From the NCBI GenBank assembly GCA_002633005.1, contig NMRA01000693.1:136473-200472 (forward strand): a stretch of DNA of 64,000 nt, given 5' to 3'. The position numbers and the translations under genes are program-made. Below, in pieces: positions 13,001 to 28,000 of this stretch (the stretch's first letter is position 1; every line of letters starts with the position of its first letter). This stretch comes from Phoronis australis. Lineage: Eukaryota; Animalia; Phoronida. The notes under the pieces are model-generated. The model worked only from the letters and a program-made list of their open reading frames with translations, was not told the DNA's origin and searched no databases.

Positions 13001-16000
13001 AACATGCTGACACATACTAGTCACAAGCACCTACATGAAAGGCAAAGCCTATGTGCGGAATTAAGTGTACGCAGCTATAAGGCAGCGAAAAGCAGAGTAA
13101 TGGCACATAAGCCTAAATATAAACCTGTATTCAGAAGATATTAACAAGGACAATGTTGAAATGTTCCCACGACTGCAATGCACATCGTACATTGCTAGGG
13201 AAGTTAATTATTTTCATGTAATACATTTAGACCAATCCAAGCACTATGATACCAAGCCGTAATTCAACTGGTGTCAGTGCATCTCAGGCATACAGCATTC
13301 GGCGGTAACAGAATGTAAAAAATAAAATGACCATCCAAAATCAACCGATAAAGGCGCATCCCCACAAAATACATCAGTGTCAAATTTCTTCAAAATTTCT
13401 CAAGCGCCTTTGACAATGCTCAATGGGAATGTCAAGCCATCTTGGCAATGATCGACAAAGAACAATTTGTCAAAAATAGAACGACCAACACGGGATGCTA
13501 CAGAATTTGAATCAACCTGACAAACAAAGATGCATCTTTGCCATATACCTGTTATATATCATAAAGATCATTCTGCTAAGCCATAGATTATAGACAATAG
13601 ATTTGCAACTCCAACATTTTCTTGCGTAGTATCCTAGAGGAGGTGCCACTCTCCTAAATTACCAATTTCAGTTTCTGGTTAATGTATTCTGACGGGAAAT
13701 TCTCGCATCTATTTTACTGTCCAGAACAATGAAAAAAAAATAATTTCGGCACTGAAACACTGCTCAAAGTCATTTAACAGTAGAACTGTTGGTATCATGA
13801 GTACTTATAACACCTGACCACAACAGTTGATCATGATTAGCAGACGACGCAATTGCTGGAAGTAAAACTTGCTAATTTTGTCAGTTGTCGCTAGTGAATA
13901 TAAATGACTTCAGGGCTATTGCGTAAGATCCCAGATTTTGTCCGTTGAAAAAATATGGAGTTGGCGGTCCATGTACTACAGTCTATGGTTAAGCCATCTT
14001 GACAGTAATAGGTGGAAAAAGTCTTTCAAAAACTAAAATGACCAACAGACGGTGCTAGAGTAGTCGAACAAGTTTTAAAATTAACTGGTGTTGTTGCATT
14101 CTCATTACAAGGCTCAGTGTCAAGTCTCGTCAACATTCGTTTTGCCGTTTCAAGTCCAATAATGGACAAACAAAATATTTTTAACTTGTTGAAAACTAAA
14201 ACGACCAACAGGAGGTAGTTGAACCCAGATGAAAACTGATGGATGGACAACGCTTTGGCAACAATATGCTACCACAAATTTTTATGGATGCATAAAAACA
14301 CTGTAAAGAACTCCTTACCTTGCGCAGCGCGCCTTCCACCTCTTGCATTGCGTTGTAGCGGCGGGTCAGAGCCTTCTCATTCACCCTCAATATGGTCATC
14401 TTACGTGACATTTCTGAGAGGCGACGACGCACCTCTACCTCTTCTTGGGCAAGGCTGTCTACAAGTCTCTGGGAAACACATAGGTACAGGTTTTCAGCTA
14501 ACACTCAATGAAACATTAAGGTCAACACGGGGTCTTAGTNAAGAATGTAAAAAAATAAAATGACCATCCAAAATCAACCGATAAAGGCGCATCCCCACAA
14601 AATACATCAGTGTCAAATTTCTTCAAAATTTCTCAAGCGCCTTTGACAATGCTCAATGGGAATGTCAAGCCATCTTGGCAATGATCGACAAAGAACAATT
14701 TGTCAAAAATAGAACAACCAACACGGGATGCTACAGAATTTGAATCAACCTGACAAACAAAGATGCATCTTTGCCATATACCTGTTATATATCATCAAGA
14801 TCATTCTGCTAAGCCATAGATTATAGACAATAGATTTGCAACTCCAACATTTTCTTGCGTAGTATCCTAGAGGAGGTGCCACTCTCCTAAATTACCAATT
14901 TCAGTTTCTGGTTAATGTATTCTGACGGGAAATTCTCACATCTATTTTACTGTCCAGAACAATGAAAAAAAATAATTTCGGCACTGAAACACTGCTCAAA
15001 GTCATTTAACAGTAGAACTGTTGGTATCATGAGTACTTATAACACCTGACCACAACAGTTGATCATGATTAGCAGACAACGCACTTGCTGGAAGTAAAAC
15101 TTGCTAATTTTGCCAGTTGTCGCTAGTGAATATAAATGACTTCAGGGCTATTGCGTAAGATCCCAGATTTTGTCCGTTGAAAAAATATGGAGTTGGCGGT
15201 CCATGTACTAGTCTATGGTTAAGCCATCTTGACAGTAATCGGTGGAAAAAGTCTTTCAAAAACTAAAATGACCAACAGACGGTGCTAGAGTAGTCGAACA
15301 TGTTTTAAAATTAACTGGTGTTGTTGCATTCTCATTACAAGGCTCAGTGTCAAGTCTCGTCAACATTCGTTTTGCCGTTTCAAGTCCAATAATTGACAAA
15401 CAAAAAATTTTTAACTTGTTGAAAACTAAAACGACCAACAGGAGGTAGTTGAACCCAGATGAAAACTGATGGATGGACGCTTTGGCAACAATATGCTACC
15501 ACAAATTTTTATGGATGCATAAAAACACTGTAAAGAACTCCTTACCTTGCGCAGCGCGCCTTCCACCTCTTGCATTGCGTTGTAGCGGCGGGTCAGAGCC
15601 TTCTCATTCACCCTCAATATGGTCATCTTACGTGACATTTCTGAGAGGCGACGACGCACCTCTACCTCTTCTTGGGCAAGGCTGTCTACAAGTCTCTGGG
15701 AAACACACAGGTACAGGTTTTCAGCTAACACTCAATGAAACATTAAGGTCAACACGGGGTCTTAGTGGACTTACAGGTATCTTTTAACAAAAAATCATGT
15801 CAAAAGTCACCTACGAATCAGAAATACTGATATATTAGGAATTTTTGCCTGTGTCCCTACTGTGTTCACAATCGTTTGATTGAGGACAAGCACCATTTTG
15901 TCTGCATACAGTTTGGACTCACATAACCATCACATGACTGCAGGGGTAGTGTGTAGTTCATTCAGTCACCAAACAGTATAGATGTTGTAAGAAATTTGAA

Positions 16001-19000
16001 ACATTTGAGTTTCCATCAACAAGTATGTCCAGTAAAACTTCATTAATCTACCTCTGGGATAATCAAGAATGAATAAGCAAGCACATAAAATAGACTTAAA
16101 CGATGCTTAGTAAAATGAAGTAACACAAAGGGTAGTTTGAACACAATGCAATAGTTTACCATCAAATGACAAAAAGTTGCACTGTTCAGAAAGTACAGAC
16201 AATTGTTCATCTGTTCTTACTTCATGATTAGAGAAAATTTTTATATCTTTTAATTAGTTGTTAAATTTTGGCGGATGCAACTTTGCCAACTACTCAAAAA
16301 TACTGCTTGATGTGAGTAATTTGGCAGATTTATCTTATCCTCAAAAACAAGGTCTAAAAACAGTCTCAAGACAGCCATGCGTAATGGAGTGCTAACAAAG
16401 GTGTACTCCCAATTCTACTAAATATATAGTTCATTTTACCAATGGAATGAAAGTGAGTTTGTCAATAAAATCCCTCGGGAGTCTTTTTGACACTTCTATT
16501 GCTGGTCACTGTCCATTCACTCAGCATTGGGTTTTAAAAGTAAGCTGTATGAAGTTTTTGCATTTTGTTAGCCGCTTTGATTCAATAAAACAAGCCTAAC
16601 AAGCTGTCGATAAGTTTTGACTTGAAATATTTCACCTGTCCTTTTATTTCGGTCTTGGTCGATATGCGGAATCATTACAATGTCTCGTATGATATTACTT
16701 CATCAACGCTACTCTCATACATTTTGTGTATTTAGTGATCCAAAATTGAGACCTTGCCCACATTTACCACATGTACCAGACGAGAAAAACAATTTAGAAA
16801 AATCCCAATAGGTGGCTCATTTCTGGTGTGGGCCCGATAATAAATCCACAGTCCACCATTCCTACTGAAGTGAAACTCTGGCTCCTCACATCAAACTCTT
16901 GCAGGCGAAGTTTATCTTCTCCCCTTAGGCCCTCACTCTCCTTCACAGAGTCTTCCAACTTCTGCCGCTCTTCTTCCCAAGACTGAAACACGCAGAGCAG
17001 AGGGAAACATGATAACATTGTTCCGCAAGATACATAGAATTTAGACACTAAATCTATAAGAAACTAAACCTTGCTTTGTTCTTCAAAATGCTAAGTATTG
17101 TCTAGATCAATAAAAGTGTGGCTTTACCCTATCGACAGATATTAACTACAACTTGACTGCAACTAAAACTATTATAGAAAAAACGATCCCTTGAAACTCT
17201 AGTACCCAAATTATTTAAAGCTTACAGTAAATTTTAAAACTGTTCACTAAGTATCCATTTTGTGAGAAATGAGAGTTAAGTACTTTAGCTAATTAGCGCA
17301 ATATCTCACATGACAACTATAAATAGTGAAATATCTTTTATGACAAACACTACTTGAATGTGCACTACAACAGTGTTTAGTGTCCTTTTAAATGCAGTCA
17401 CTCTTCAGTCTTCAGTAACTAGACTGACTTTCCAAATAAACATTTCAGCATCAATAATGTGGAATAATGAGAAATAGGTCTATTTTCGGGCCACAAATAA
17501 AATTTTCCATGGTCCATAAGGTTCACCAAAATATTAATGGATATTAAAAGCGCCAGTGGATGCCACAGAGATAATGTGATTTGAATTACCATGACGTCAT
17601 TGTAATGCTATCCAGCACATAGCCAGACACAGTTGAGGCCCCACTCACCTTCTTCTCCTTCATATAGTCTTGATACAGCAGACCCTGCTGGTGACGAACT
17701 ACAGCAAACTTCCTCTTATACGTCTCTAATGAGGCCTCCAGCTTCTTCAACATCTCTTCCTTCAAGCTCACTTCCTGCAACACAGACAAACATATGTGTC
17801 ACGAGATGGGCAAACAATGAAGAAACGGTTAATTTACAATCATATACAACACAGCTCTTCCTTCAAGCTCACTTCCAGCAACACATAAATACTGGGGCAT
17901 ACAGTTGGGAAACTAAAGAATAGCTAGAAATATCTTTTGGACCTCTGTCGCCTACACAAACTTACTAGCTGAGTCTTCACATTTAAGAGCTTCCAATTTT
18001 GATGCCAACCAAAGAGGGCACACCAGGCAGTGAAAAAAGTGCATGTAATATGGACGGAGCAATGCACACTTCCATCAACAGCAGGTGTGCATCTGCAATT
18101 GCTCCACAAACTATGTCTAAGCCTCCACTCTAATACTGCAGTGGGGCTCAATTGGAAAAAGCCATGGTATCATTACGTCAATTCTTTACAAAATGTGAAG
18201 ATCTATTTTGTCCAATTTCTCATTAAAAACGAATGTTTAGAAAATTCTACCTCATTGGGTTTCACAGTTTCAACTCGACAGTTGTCACGATTTTGATTAC
18301 AAAAATTAAAACAAAACATTTTTTTTTTCTAAGTAATCAATTTCCTATGCCATGCACAAGTCAATCATCTTCCTTTTACATTGTTTTCAAGCAGATGACG
18401 GATTGTACAATATTTGCAAATTTTTTATTTCTGAGAAATTTACCTCATGTCTTCAAAATTTTTGCCATGAGATTGATAAAACAAGATGTATTAAACAAAC
18501 CGTTATCAAACCATTTTGACAGCTGTAACCACGTATTAAAAACCCAACAATTTCAATGTTTGACATGAAAAGTTTGTATTATACGAATTCACTCTACCTA
18601 ATGTGATCAACACCCTAACAACAGTCAGCATACCTGCAGGGCGAGCACCAGGTGTTCGTTGAGACTTGCAATCACATCAGCGCTAGACACAGCCATCCCC
18701 TCAGGGAGGCGGAGACTCTGAAACAGACCTGTGCCAGAGCCTGCGTCACGCATGGCTTGCATATCAGCTTCAAGCTTCTCGTTCTGCAGAGGAGAAGTGT
18801 CAATGTACTATTCACATCATGAGCATGATCTCAAAAAATAACGGACCGTCAGTTTTTTGCAAGACCAGAAATCACCTCCTATCTGAGTAAGGAACAAACT
18901 GAGACCAATTTTACAGCAGCAAGTGGTCTAAATAAAAAACGGTGTCGTTTCAAATTTGCAGAAAAATTTAAACTTGACTACTGCTTGTGATATCTTTACA

Positions 19001-22000
19001 ACACCCTGTCATTGCAGAACAGGAAATAACTAGTGTTCATCTGTTATGTTCACTTGGTACCTGCCATTTCAGTCAGTTCAAACTGCACGTTTTATGATGC
19101 TTTTCGCATTCTCGAGGAATGTACATAAACGTGACTGAAGCACGAACCAGTCCATGCTCAAATTACAATACCTCCAGCAGTTCAGGACAATATACTAGCG
19201 TTCTTACAATGTCTCGACACTAGGGGGCACAACAGGCACAATGAAATAACTAAACTCTGAGTATAAGCACGCACTAATACCAAAACTTCTACTTATCACG
19301 TTCAAATCTCAACTGTAAAAAAATCTGCATTATAACTGCTCATTGTTAGAACGCCATTACAAGTAGTAATTTTTGTAGGTGAAGCCCAAAACATCAATGC
19401 ATCCCCGTTAATATGAAAGGACCTTTGGATTCCGAAATGAGTTCATACTACCTTCAGATACCAAAAAATATAGGTTTACATTTTTCATCTCCTTTAATTC
19501 CAATAGCATTAAATGAAAACCATGATACCCTATCAGTGAAGTACAAGAGAATTTGAACTGACCTTGACACATGACCTTCAGTGGATACATTACCACAGCA
19601 CACTATTCAGACTTACCTTGTTCTGGAGGCGGTCTGTTTCTGACTTGGCCTTGTTAGCTTCATGACGAGCCTCACGTAACTCCCGGCGAAGTTCCTCAAC
19701 ACGACCCTGTACATTGTCCAGCTGAGCCTTTAGATGAAGCCCGTCATAGTGACCAGATACTGCCTTAGACTCAATAGCCTGAGAAAATGGGACATAGCAA
19801 CGTGTTGGCAACATATTCTATGGTGACCAAGAAAACTACCAACCATTGTAATTGTGCACGAGAAAACGATGTCACTTCAAAAAGCCTCTATTGACAGTGT
19901 GTATGATACTAAGCTCCTCAACATTATCAGTGGTGCTTTGAGAATTTTTGATGAACAATAATTATTGTATTTTAACTGTCTTAATATTGATGGCACAACA
20001 GAAAAAATCTGTTCACACAAAGAACACTCGAATGGCAAAGCTATGCATACTACTATAACAAATTTGCATTTCATTTTCTGGAGAAAGCAACTCCACAGGT
20101 CAACATTTGTAAGTTTTTGTACACTGTTATTGTGTAAATAATCTTAAGCAACAGATTTTCCACGCAAACCATCTTTTGGAATAAATGGAACTATTTAGGC
20201 AATCCCAATAAGTTTTGAGGCTCTGTGGATAGTCACAGACATCCTGGCAATTGCCTCTATTAATAACAGTTTACGTTCACTTCATTCGAAATAAATCTTC
20301 AAGCTTGTGCACTTAAAATTGCACGAAAGTCTTGTCTATAATCTGATTGAGTAATCTTTCTCAAGAATAGGTATGCATCGACTTGGAACTTTGGGGAAGC
20401 TCAATCAGAGGTTTATAAGCTTTAGAACATTTTCTGATACACAAAAGAGAACAATAGTTCTCCAAAAACCTAGCAAAGACACTCACCGCTAACATTCTCT
20501 CTAGAGTAGGGCATTGAATGCTGTAGGCATCACCACCATCCACGGCTGTAAATAGAATTTATATAGGATTCCAAAGTCAAACTGACAAAATTAGAAGCAT
20601 AAGCTTTGAGGTGGTGATACCGTAAGTTCTTACAAAATTTATTGGTTTATTTACAATTAAATCTAGCCTATTTACTTTGACACGACATTTCGATCAGTCA
20701 TTTCTTCGGCCATGTTGAGGTGTTACAGTCTGTGTTAGAATGCTCTAACACCTGAAGATGACCGGAGAAATGACCTTCCCCAACATTGTGCCAATGTAAA
20801 TTGGCTAGAGGTTAAAGTACACTGGCCACTAGATTTATACACAGAAATAGAGTATTTTTTAACACCATGGCTTACTTCCACTAGCCACGATAAGCAACAA
20901 TAATGCTACAAGTGGCACATAGCACATGAAAAACAAGCTTGTAGCAGTCTCAGACCACTTCGTGAGAGCCTTGAAAAATCCCCTTGAGAGCAACACAGCA
21001 CAACCAGGCTACCACATAACAATGACCAGGTAAGCTACCACATATCAACGACCCGGTAAGCTCCCATGTAACAACAATTAAGGTACCACATAACAATGAC
21101 CAGGTAAGCTACTATATATCAACGGCCTGTATGCTCTCATGTAACAATGACCAGGTGAGGTACCACATAACAATAACCAGGTAAGCTACCACATATCAAC
21201 GACCCGGTAAGCTCCCATGTAACAACAATTAAGGTACCACATAACAATGACTAGGTAAGCTACCTTTCTGTTCTCCCTGCTCCTTGAGAGCTTGCAGTAT
21301 TTCCTTCATCCCCTGCTCGAGGTTCTTGTTCTCATCCGTCAGCTGTTTGTTCTCAGCGACCAACTCTGCATTCCTCGATCGTACTTTCTCCATACTCTTG
21401 ACATTCTTCTCTAGATCTTTATCTAACTGCATATTCTGTGAAACCACAAACATGCTGATTAGATAAGACTTGTGGATCATACTGATAACTCCAGGTGAAT
21501 AACTGACTTGCAAGATTGAAACTGCAAAAACAAATAATTCCACTACAGTCAAATGCCCCTCTGCCTATTATTAGAATCATCCAATAGCTGCTTAAGTTCG
21601 AAAATATTGTGTCATTTGACTGATAATTTATACTGGGTATCAAACCCTTATTCATTTACTCTAAATCATACAACAAATCAATCTATCCAGTTTCCTTCAA
21701 CTTCATGTTACACTATCTCATCAAATGCTATTTCACTTATGCATGGCACTTTTAATGTAATAATCAGTTCTCTGAAACAATACTTGCTGCAGAAGCGATT
21801 ACAGCGACACACATACTCTGAGCTTAAGTTCATCCTCTGCAGCCTCTTTCTTGACAGTCTTCCCTAACTGGCTGACACGGTCATTCTTTAGTCCTTCAGT
21901 AAAGTCTTGAATGGCTAGCATATCATCAGCTGTCAAACCAAGTGCCACTGCCCTGTGTGCGATATAAAATCATGTAACTATGGGAAATGACATATACTTT

Positions 22001-25000
22001 AACTATATTTACAGTTCATAGCATGTTCTCTGAGAAATGCAATGAAGTGTACGTGAGTCACTATGCAGCATGTTGTCTGTCACTACACTAACCAGTAATT
22101 GAACACCTTTAAAGTTGCAGTAATGTATGGCACATTTCTTTGACTTTCACAGTATACACTGAATTAGGAAACTATAACTCTGAAGCACGAGATGTCCTGC
22201 TAATGGCTGCAGTTATTGCATGGCTACCAGAACCATTGGCGACAACTGATGAAATTGTTACACATAGAAGCCCTGCAAAATACCTCTGTCCTGTTTGTTG
22301 TGCTAATAGTCGTATCTTTTTCTTTAATTCGATTCTTTCTTCTTCAAGCCGCTCAACCTTGAATTGAAAGCAAACGGATTACCCAGGTATTCGAAACTAT
22401 TCTTGAATCACAAATTGAAAAAGTAAAGCTAACATATCAGCACTGCATTAACAACTAACTAAAGAAAACACAAATCATAATCTTGCACTGTCAAATAGCA
22501 GAAAAAGCAGGGAAAGGCCAATTTCAGTTTACCGTTTAAGTGGTCACAGAAATCCACGTTAATAGCCGAAAGCACGTTTGTACAATTTACTACTGATTTG
22601 AAGTGGCATGAACTACAAGCAATTATTACGAGACAACACAAATGATTATATAACAAACACATCACAAGTAACCAGTCTACGTGCGACATTGACTTTTTGG
22701 TTTATCCATTTTTAGCATCTCCCATCTGAAATGAATGCACTACAAAAGCTATTTGTGAATACTTTGTCCAATCATGTTACCAAACAACTGATGTCTAATA
22801 TCCTTCCCTGGGCACCTAACTGACACCTTGATGTCCCCCAGACATCTGCGTGGCACTTTGTTGGTGTCCCAATGACAAAATATTTTTGTACAGTACTAAG
22901 CATATAATACACAAAATACTTATAGTTTAGATCTACCACTGAATGAGCCAAATGGTGCACAGTTTGCTGCACTGTTTGGGATTAATGCATGCCAGACACC
23001 AGTCGATAGCACACACGTGAGTAGAGCATGCTTGATAATGAGTCACACAATGATAAGTCACCTTCCTCCATCACCAGTCACACATACATAACATACCTTT
23101 TCAAAACCTCTCAAAGACTAGCACTTTGCTGAGTCACCTCACCCAAGATGAACCACACACCAATGAGTTATCCCCCATGATGAGTCACACCTTGATGATT
23201 CACCTCCCCCCATGACAAGTCACCCCCTAACTAACCTCTTTCTGTAACACCTGGTTCAGAGCTCGATCCTCCTGATGTTGCACTTTCTTGCGTTCCCTGT
23301 GTGCTGTCAGATCCACTGGCTCTTTGGGGTCCAGCCCGAGCCGCTCACGAAGTTCCTCATTTTCCTCACACACGTCGCTCCTCTGGATCTCACACTTGTT
23401 GACAGTTTCTGTTAGCTCCACAATTTGCCTGTATATTAAGAAAGTAGCAAAACAATATTCACTGCATAATTTATCAGGCAAGCTCCTCATTTCGCCTGAA
23501 TGAAAATTGGGCAAAATGAACTTATATGGAGCCGGTTATAAGAACGACAGCTTAGTTTGCTTATAATAAAGAAAGTAATGGCAGACAGTCTGGTGCATGT
23601 CGTACCACTCAGGTGGGCCCATTGCACTGATCACCTGGAACTATTTTTATGCTTTATAAATATATAGTTAAAACCAGACTGAGGAGCTAGAGACAGCAGT
23701 GTGACCCAGTAGTGCTCGAACCGACGACCTTGCGTAAAGGACACTTACCTCACAAGGCCACAGTCTCCTCCGGATATACTAGCTAAACAAAATGCAATTC
23801 AAGACAGTTGCAATTAAGACTTTTGACTAGCTTAACTTGGGCAATGTTCATGAGCACAATTCTCTTCAACTGGCTTATAAAAGTGGAAGCCACAATCTTG
23901 TTCCCACCTGACTCTACAAGAGGAACCTACACATCAGTGTCAGCAGCTATCCTGAAAACAACATTTTGTGAGGTGCCGGGGCACACAGAGAAGTTTTTAA
24001 ATCTGGCAACCTACACACGTTAACCCAACACATTCAATTGTTACTGTTTAAGTGAAATTCGACTCTTGATATGATTAATCTTTGCCCGTGCGTTATGTCA
24101 TGCATTTCTATCAACAACTGCTTGTACCTATCCCTAATGTTGATCTGTTGTTTGCAGTCCTTAATTTCAGCCACTGCCTCTGGTAGACCATACTCTCCTG
24201 CCTCGTATTTTTTCATTCGTTCCAGCGCGTCATTCAACTGTTTGTCCTTGTCGCGGGCGTCCTCCTCTGCCTAGAGTAGTATCCAAAGCATGTAATCTTC
24301 AACTTCAAATGAAACTGTCATTATAGCCACCTGAACATAATAACTTGTTCTCTACAGCAGTATAGCAGTTTTATGGTGTATATTCTTTATGGAAAGCATT
24401 GAGCACTGAGCTATCAAGACCACGCCACTAACAGGCAATACATTTCACTTAAAACTGGCACAGTAGCTGCAGAGTCCAGTACTTACTGCACAATTTAATC
24501 TTATTTTACCAAAAATGCTATCAAATCTATTTCGTTGCAAATAATCAGATATATACAGTTACCACTCTTCACTGCCATCAATGCAATATCAGCAGCTGGT
24601 ACAAGAAAAACAAACAATATTGCTAAACAGGATGTGAAAACTCACGATAGTTTCTGTGCTGTGGATGCAACAATTCTGTGTTCGTGAGGCAAATCCTGCA
24701 TTTTTGTCATATGGAGAAAAATTATGACTTAAGTTTATTATTTATCAACTTGCAGGAAATGTATATCATGCAACAAAAATTAACATGCCTGTTTTGGTTA
24801 TCCGTTAAACTCTTCAGTACGATTACTAACAACGTTATGAGCTACAAATATAAGAAGATAATATAAGAGAAAGCTATGAAACTGTTGACATCTGACCTGC
24901 GTCATCCGTAAATCAGCATCCTTGCACTGTGCTTCACGGAACTTGACTGTGCTCTGCAATTCTTTGATCTTATCCATCTGCCTTTGACTGGGGCCGCCTC

Positions 25001-28000
25001 CAACACCACCTGGTGAGTAAAGATTCACTGGCTAGTAAAATTTTCTACTCTAAGGCAGGTGGTATAAGAAAAGCAAATGAGTACACAGCATCAACTGCCT
25101 GACAATAGGATTGTGTATCCTGTTCAGCTATCATAGTCAAGCCTTGGCCATCAATAAATCTGTTTTGCACAATGAAGGAATAAACTTCCAAAGTATGTAT
25201 GGTAAGTGCCACATCCAAATTCTTCACTTAATAAGTTCTACCATCAAAACTTTCCCAGATACCATATCGCCACAAGGCTTACCCTAATTAAGCTCAGCCT
25301 GTAAGGCTTACTTTGATAAGGCACCGTTCACTAGGCCTTACCTTTATTCAGCTCTGCCCTCAAGTCTTCCACTATGGCAGTCTGGGTGTCAATCTCAGCC
25401 ACAGCCTCGTCCAATTTCTGTTTGAGCACCTCAATCTGCTGATTACGCTGCTCCACAGCCTGCGGTGGAACAGGTCACACTAAGCTTATAATGCTTCTGG
25501 GCAAAACCCTAATATGATGACTAAATGAGAAGCCTGGCTGTTAGTCTAAGGTTAGAAAAATGTCCAATTTCGGCCAACTTCGTAACATAAATCCCAGAAA
25601 TGTCAAATCAAATTCACACAAAACTTTCAAATGCTATGCTTTATGTAGTGTTGTCTAAAATGATTGATTTTGAAATGTTAAACATTTGCATGAGGGGCTA
25701 TCAAAAATATGACTTCTGTGAATTTTAAGAATAAAATCAAGTTGAATGAACAGAAAATGAAATAATTTAGAAAACTGAAGCTTTTAACTTGGAAACTGTA
25801 AATTATGAAATTTAGTCGACCCTGTTGTTTTGCTAGAAAAGTGTGTTTGATTTTAATAAAAAGCATGTTCACATGACCTAATTAATGTCACGTTTATATA
25901 AATCAAACAACTTCTTTGAAACTTCTGCTTTCAATAAATATACTTATGCTGAGTTAATAGTTTCGTAGATATTTGGCTGAATATTCAAACTTGTGGTAAG
26001 ATCCTACACAATATTAAACAAAAATGCAGTTTTTAGCCAGATGAGACTAATAAGAACAAGTTATGATAAACTGAGCTTTAAAACTGAACTTTTCATATAT
26101 AAATTCAAATTCAGACATTCAAAGTTTCTGCTTCACAAAATTTTGATGCAATCTGAGTATTAAGTAATTTTGGACAAAACCAAGTACAAAAACACAAGCC
26201 TTGGGAAATACTACCCAATGAAGACACAACGCTACTTTAGCCATATCACAAATGTGCAGGCAAGGTACCTACCTGCGTGAGAGCCGTGACTGATGCCTTC
26301 TCTGTGTCCATGTTGGCCGCAATCAACTGCTGCCTGAGTTGTTCAATCTGATCCTGGCACTCAGCCAACTCGTCTTCCTTATCACCAAGAATAGCCTAGA
26401 ACACAGGCGCAAAGCCTGACCTTAACAGCATCAAGCAGATACTGGCGCTAGCATCAGAATGATGCTATCCAAAGCCAAGCAGTTTGGGTTGAGGAGCATG
26501 GGGGAAATGTATCAGTTTTTGAAACAGTTAAATTAATCTTGTTTTTCCATGACCGTAATCAAAATACATCAGTGTCACGATTTTTCATCCAGGACAGATT
26601 CATGAATGCAATTGTAAGTACTGTACTGCTGACCTAGTTTTGCCCCAATAGCTGTGTACTTCAAGGCCTCAGATATATACTTTACACTCACAGGGAAATT
26701 GAGTTATTTTTACCATATGTTGGTCAGGGTTGAGTAAGTTAAATCAGCTGTGTACCTTCCACTCCTCCACCTTCTTGTTCACTGCCACCATAATTTCATC
26801 GTCAGCATCGGTCTTAGAGGCAACCTGTTCAGTCAAGTCTTGAATCTACGGCAATCAGGCGGTACATGTACATTATACAGCACGAGAGCATATGTTACAG
26901 AGCATGAGATGATTGTACGGAAACTGAATGTATTACGGAGCACGAGATGATTGTACATAAATTGAATGTATTACGGAGCACGAGATGATTGTACGTTAAC
27001 TGAATGTATTACAGAGCATGAGATGATTGCACGTAAATTGAATGTATTACGGAGCACGAGATGATTGTACGTTAACTGAATGTATTACAGAGCCTGAGCG
27101 TTTTACGTAGCACGACATGACTGTATCTAAACTGAAATGTATTACGGAGCTGAGATAATAATGTAAATTGAATGTATTAAAGAGTAGATGATAGTATGTA
27201 AGTTGAATGAGTTACAGCTGCATGACATTAAAATTTTTAATTCTTTAAAGTCATTTAACAGAAGATCTTTATTGGATATACGGCAATGCTTCACTTATTT
27301 AGCATGCAATATGGCCAATAAGTAAGATACTTTTTTGTCAAAGAATAGAATCACACTATTGTTTAATATGATAGCCAGGATAGTTTGTAGTGTGTAGATG
27401 TCGTAAAACAACATTTGCTTTCTATTATGGGTATCCAGGTAAGAAACCTTTGAAAAATGAAATAAAGATAATTTTGTCAATAATTTTTTGTGTGAAATAA
27501 GTGGAGACAATTAAAAAACAGGTTCGTTGTCGAGGATGCTACGGACATAAAATGGTGTTGCCAGGCACTTTTAAGGCACTAGACTGGTCTATGAAGACCA
27601 AAACTATTACCTGACTCTTTAATAGTTCGTTTTCCCTAGTTAGGTTGTCAAGAACAGCATCTGACTGTTGGACCACCATCTGCAAAACACATCATCTGGA
27701 TGACAAGAAATTCAAGTAAATGGCAACTCAATAGTTGCTAGGTGTTTCAAATATAGAAAGGATCATCCTTTCACCATCTGAATAGATTGAGAACAGTCAG
27801 GAAGCTGTTCATCAGAGTGGGGACTTCCGTAATAAAGAGCACTATGTGATATGAATACCTGTATTTTACAGGTGTGATAGTTAATTCAGAAATACCTCAA
27901 AACAAAGCATAACCTCAACCTTAACTTCAGCACACATTACAGTCGCACTTATCCACGTCTATTTTGTGGAATGTCCTGATAATTGTTCAATGTCAAAAAA

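Larger units (their letters stand above)
13310..15766. repeat. Near-identical ~1.23 kb tandem duplication joined by a single N (14540); likely assembly artefact
   Basis: 13310-14539 vs 14542-15766, scattered intronic SNPs/indels, exon 21 present twice. Confidence 0.9.

Noticed and set aside
14319-15695. Mutually exclusive exon pair in CEP290
   Set aside because: The exon copies look identical and the duplication is joined by a single N, which points to an allelic assembly overlap.
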